Of a stretch of 64,000 bases of DNA, positions 61,180-64,000 are shown one piece after another. The DNA is from an uncultured bacterium. Its GTDB lineage: Bacteria > Acidobacteriota > Vicinamibacteria > Vicinamibacterales > UBA8438. Within the stretch, counting starts at the first letter, position 1. Every line of letters begins with the position of its first letter. The notes under the pieces are model-generated. The model searched no databases, was not told the origin of the DNA, and saw only the letters and a program-made list of their open reading frames with translations. The translations under genes and the position numbers were made by a program. Location: assembly GCA_963934795.1 (NCBI GenBank), contig CAWWAF010000007.1, forward strand, positions 512 to 64,511, read 5' to 3'.

Positions 61180-61416
61180 CTAGCCCGCCCCAGTCCCCGA
61201 CCGCTCGTCGTCGGCGTCATCGGCCACGGAGTAGCCCAGACAGGACACGACGGGCAGGCGGGGATACCGCGCGTACGCGGGGTCGTGCGTAGACAGCGCA
61301 CACCGCAGGAAGAGCTCCCCCTTGTCGGTCGGGACGGGGCGTACGTAACGACACGCGGCGCATAGCCCGACTCTCGCTGGCAATCTCTCCCCAGGACGTT
61401 CCGCGCGTGCGGTCAC
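61180..61416 (-). CDS. Small Cys-rich putative metal-binding protein
   Basis: GLCAACRY...RCALS...YARYPRLPVVSCLGY (four Cys); GTGA overlap with the upstream MBL gene. Confidence 0.7.
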   Translation of the reverse strand: MTARAERPGERLPARVGLCAACRYVRPVPTDKGELFLRCALSTHDPAYARYPRLPVVSCLGYSVADDADDERSGTGAG

Positions 61417-62345
61417 ACGCCCTTGTAGATGTAATTCACGATCGGGGTCACGCTGAAGGGACCATTCAGCGCCGCCGAAAAGTCGCTAAATCGCGCGGGC
61501 TTGACGTAATCGGCAATCACCTCTTCGGCGCTGCGTCCGGCGTCGATACCCCGTCGCGCGTGGTCGTACAGGTCCATGTAGAACGCCCGATAGTCCACCA
61601 GATCACTCCACGCCAGGGGAACCTCCCAGTGACCAGTGATGATCGTGTCCACGTCTTGAATGGTGTTGATCGCTCGAGTCAACGTCCGACCGAACTCGAT
61701 GGCGCTCCCGCCGTTGCCGTTCTCCGCATCGATGAACGGGAGCAGCTTGCCCAGGAACATGTCGCCGGTGTGCATCGTGCGTGCTTCCTTGAACACGATG
61801 AACGTGTCGCCGTCGGTATGTCCGCGACCAAAATAGTAGAGGTCGATCTGGTCGGGGCCACCAGCGAAGAGCGTGAGCCGGTCTGAGAACGTGGTCGCGG
61901 GAAGATACTTCGCGTTCTCGCCCTGGAAGTCGTCGCAGTTGGTCGGAATAGGCTGACAATCAGTACGCGCCATGTGGCGCCTGATGTTCTCCTGCGCCAC
62001 GAACTGCACCGTCTCCGGAAATTCGGTATTGGCCCCACTGTGGTCGTAGTGCACGTGCGAGTTGATGATGGTCGTGACGGGCTTGTCGGTGAGCCGGCGG
62101 ACGTGCTCGAGGATGTCGGGGCCGTATCCCTCGTTCTTCGTATCGACCAGGACGACGCCGTGTTCGGCGATCAGAAGCGCAATGTTGCCCCCGGTCGTTG
62201 AGCCGGACCCCAGCATGTGCAGGTTGTCGGCAATACGATGCACTTCGATGGGTGGGTGCGGTTCCTGCGCAGCCTCGAGCCCGGTGTTCCAGGCGACGAG
62301 ACCAAGCGCGAGAAGCGTGAGTGGCAACAGATAGAGGCGGTTCAT
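61413..62345 (-). CDS. Exported metallo-beta-lactamase fold hydrolase
   Basis: HVHYDHSG (HxHxDH), GHTDGD, HTGDMF, GHW. Confidence 0.88.
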   Translation of the reverse strand: MNRLYLLPLTLLALGLVAWNTGLEAAQEPHPPIEVHRIADNLHMLGSGSTTGGNIALLIAEHGVVLVDTKNEGYGPDILEHVRRLTDKPVTTIINSHVHYDHSGANTEFPETVQFVAQENIRRHMARTDCQPIPTNCDDFQGENAKYLPATTFSDRLTLFAGGPDQIDLYYFGRGHTDGDTFIVFKEARTMHTGDMFLGKLLPFIDAENGNGGSAIEFGRTLTRAINTIQDVDTIITGHWEVPLAWSDLVDYRAFYMDLYDHARRGIDAGRSAEEVIADYVKPARFSDFSAALNGPFSVTPIVNYIYKGV

Positions 62346-62472
62346 TATCAAATAACTTTCATCGGTGTGTGTTCAGACAATGGGGCGCGCGCCAGTGTCA
62401 TCCCGCGAGCCATTTCCCAGCATACCGCAGCGCATGCTCCAGTCGTTTCTGGGAACGCCACCCGGGTCTTCC

Positions 62473-63186
62473 TCAATCACCCACAAGAAGCAGATCGGAG
62501 AGATCGGCTCCGGGGTCGCGTTCCTCCGGAGCCGCATCACGCCGGAAGATGCGGGCCGCACGGGCGCCTCCGAGCCACGCCCGCCCGTTCTCGACGCGAA
62601 GCCAGGCGCCTTCTCGTATTCCAATCACCGGTGTCGTGTTCTCTTCCAAATATTCACCCAGTCGCTCCTCCCGGGTCTCACCCATGAAGGTCGAGCCTGC
62701 AGGCGGATCGATGTAGTGCGGATTGATCTGAAACGGCACCAGTCCGAGCGCATTAAGCGAGGCCGGCTGCACGATAGGCATGTCGTTGGTCGTGCGGATA
62801 GTGGGCGCGGCGATATTCGAGCCGGCGCTCGCGCCCATGTAGATGAGGCCTTCGTCCACACGGCGACGAATCGCGACCATCAGCTTGGCCTTCTGTAGCG
62901 TCGCCAGCAACCGGAAGGTGTTGCCGCCCCCGACGAACACCGCCTCAGCCCACGCCAGCGTCTCCACGCCCCCCTCGTCGGCAGTCACCATACGCGTCTC
63001 GATGCCGTCCCGCCCGAACCGCTGCCGCGCTTTCGCCGCGTAGCCGTCGCGGTCGAAGACGGCGAACGGCACGAAGGCCAGCCGCCGTCGCTCCGCGAGC
63101 AGGTCGAGCATCTCGGGCATACAGTGGTCGAGATAGCCTTGGCCGTGGTTGCTGGAATTGCTGACGAGGAGGAGACGGGCGGTCAC
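62473..63186 (-). CDS. pepE: Dipeptidase E (peptidase S51)
   Basis: LLLVSNS, VGGGNTF, GASAGSNI, TIRTTNDMPIV, QINPHY, GETREERL; start GTG 63186 or ATG 63219. Confidence 0.93.
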   Translation of the reverse strand: MTARLLLVSNSSNHGQGYLDHCMPEMLDLLAERRRLAFVPFAVFDRDGYAAKARQRFGRDGIETRMVTADEGGVETLAWAEAVFVGGGNTFRLLATLQKAKLMVAIRRRVDEGLIYMGASAGSNIAAPTIRTTNDMPIVQPASLNALGLVPFQINPHYIDPPAGSTFMGETREERLGEYLEENTTPVIGIREGAWLRVENGRAWLGGARAARIFRRDAAPEERDPGADLSDLLLVGD

Positions 63187-63543
63187 GCCGTATCTTCCCA
63201 CATGGTCAGCGAGCCTCATGCCGTCCACCCAGAGCCTCGCCGCGACGCGGCATGACAGGCTGCCCGCCCCATCATCACGTCGGCGAGACCGTCGTCAGCG
63301 GCAGACTCGATCCTGGCGCCAGAATGTGCGCACTGCCGTAGTCTCCTGAGGGGCCGCCACTGCGAGCGGCATTCCGCGAGCCTCCTGGTCCTCCTCGAAA
63401 GACACGGCGCGACACCATCCGCCGCGCCCGCAGAATCCGATACACTGGCGGACCATCTGAACCACCGGTGTGCGCTTTTCTTGAATACGGCTCGGTCAGA
63501 CAACAGAGTGCCAGTCCCACACCATCGCCAGACGAGGTCCGCG

Positions 63544-64000
63544 ATGGCGCGGCCAGGGCGAGAGGCACCAGCCGCGCGCCTCTCGCCGATGGGCTGCTGC
63601 GGTCTTGTCGCGATCCTCTCGCTGGGCCTAGGCGCGTTCGGGCTGCTGGACGGGATTCGGCAGAATCCACCATTTCGCTGGTCGTTTCTCGGGGCCTGTG
63701 TCCTGTTGCTCGTCTGGAGCGCGGTGACCTGCGGCTCGGCCTGCGCCAAAGGCCGGCGCCTGCGGATCACGGTCGGTGTTCGCCGGCAGCACCTGGTGCA
63801 GGCGCTTGCGCAGTGTGCCTTCCTTCTGTACTGGGGATGGTACTGGCGACCGGTCTACGACGCGGCCCCTCTCATCGGGGCCCAGTTGGTCTTCGCCTAC
63901 GCGTTCGACATGCTCCTCTGCTGGTCACGCCGCGACACTTACACCCTGGGGTTCGGTCCCGTTCCAGTCATTTTCAGCATCAACCTGTTCCTCTGGTTCG
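63544..64000 (+). CDS. Polytopic membrane protein of unknown function, N-terminal part (runs off the right edge; absent from the ORF track)
   Basis: Open frame from ATG 63544 (or 63589): ...QHLVQALAQCAFLLYWGWYWRPVY...FAYAFDMLLCWSRR...FSINLFLWF; several TM helices. Confidence 0.75.
   Translation, partial: MARPGREAPAARLSPMGCCGLVAILSLGLGAFGLLDGIRQNPPFRWSFLGACVLLLVWSAVTCGSACAKGRRLRITVGVRRQHLVQALAQCAFLLYWGWYWRPVYDAAPLIGAQLVFAYAFDMLLCWSRRDTYTLGFGPVPVIFSINLFLWF

Noticed and set aside
63229-63543. ORFs and an imperfect inverted repeat between pepE and the last gene
   Set aside because: Translations lack motifs and coding-like composition; the hairpin (about 63212-63261) is weak for this GC content

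Overview
GC-rich (roughly two-thirds GC by eye) bacterial chromosomal segment with about 55 coding regions and no recognisable rRNA, tRNA, CRISPR array, transposase or prophage. The gene repertoire suggests Acidobacteriota, probably Vicinamibacterales (inference): exported PQQ dehydrogenases and PQQ-like beta-propellers, an ADOP-type permease remnant, paired RTADGxPDL...YACHEGNY proteins and secreted cyclases. Core genes icd (monomeric), leuA and pepE are intact. Two things stand out. (1) A compact carrier-protein toolkit at 2571-4573: MbtH-like protein, Sfp-type PPTase and a convergent PptH-like phosphopantetheine hydrolase, with no NRPS/PKS in the window. (2) Apparent gene erosion: four or five in-frame nonsense codons, each one C->T change from Gln/Arg, a homopolymer frameshift, and three deletion remnants, all in accessory genes. 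Sequencing or assembly error is the main alternative explanation. Several uncharacterised exported proteins, two with a CxxCH heme motif, are also worth follow-up. All family assignments come from motif recognition; no database search was run.
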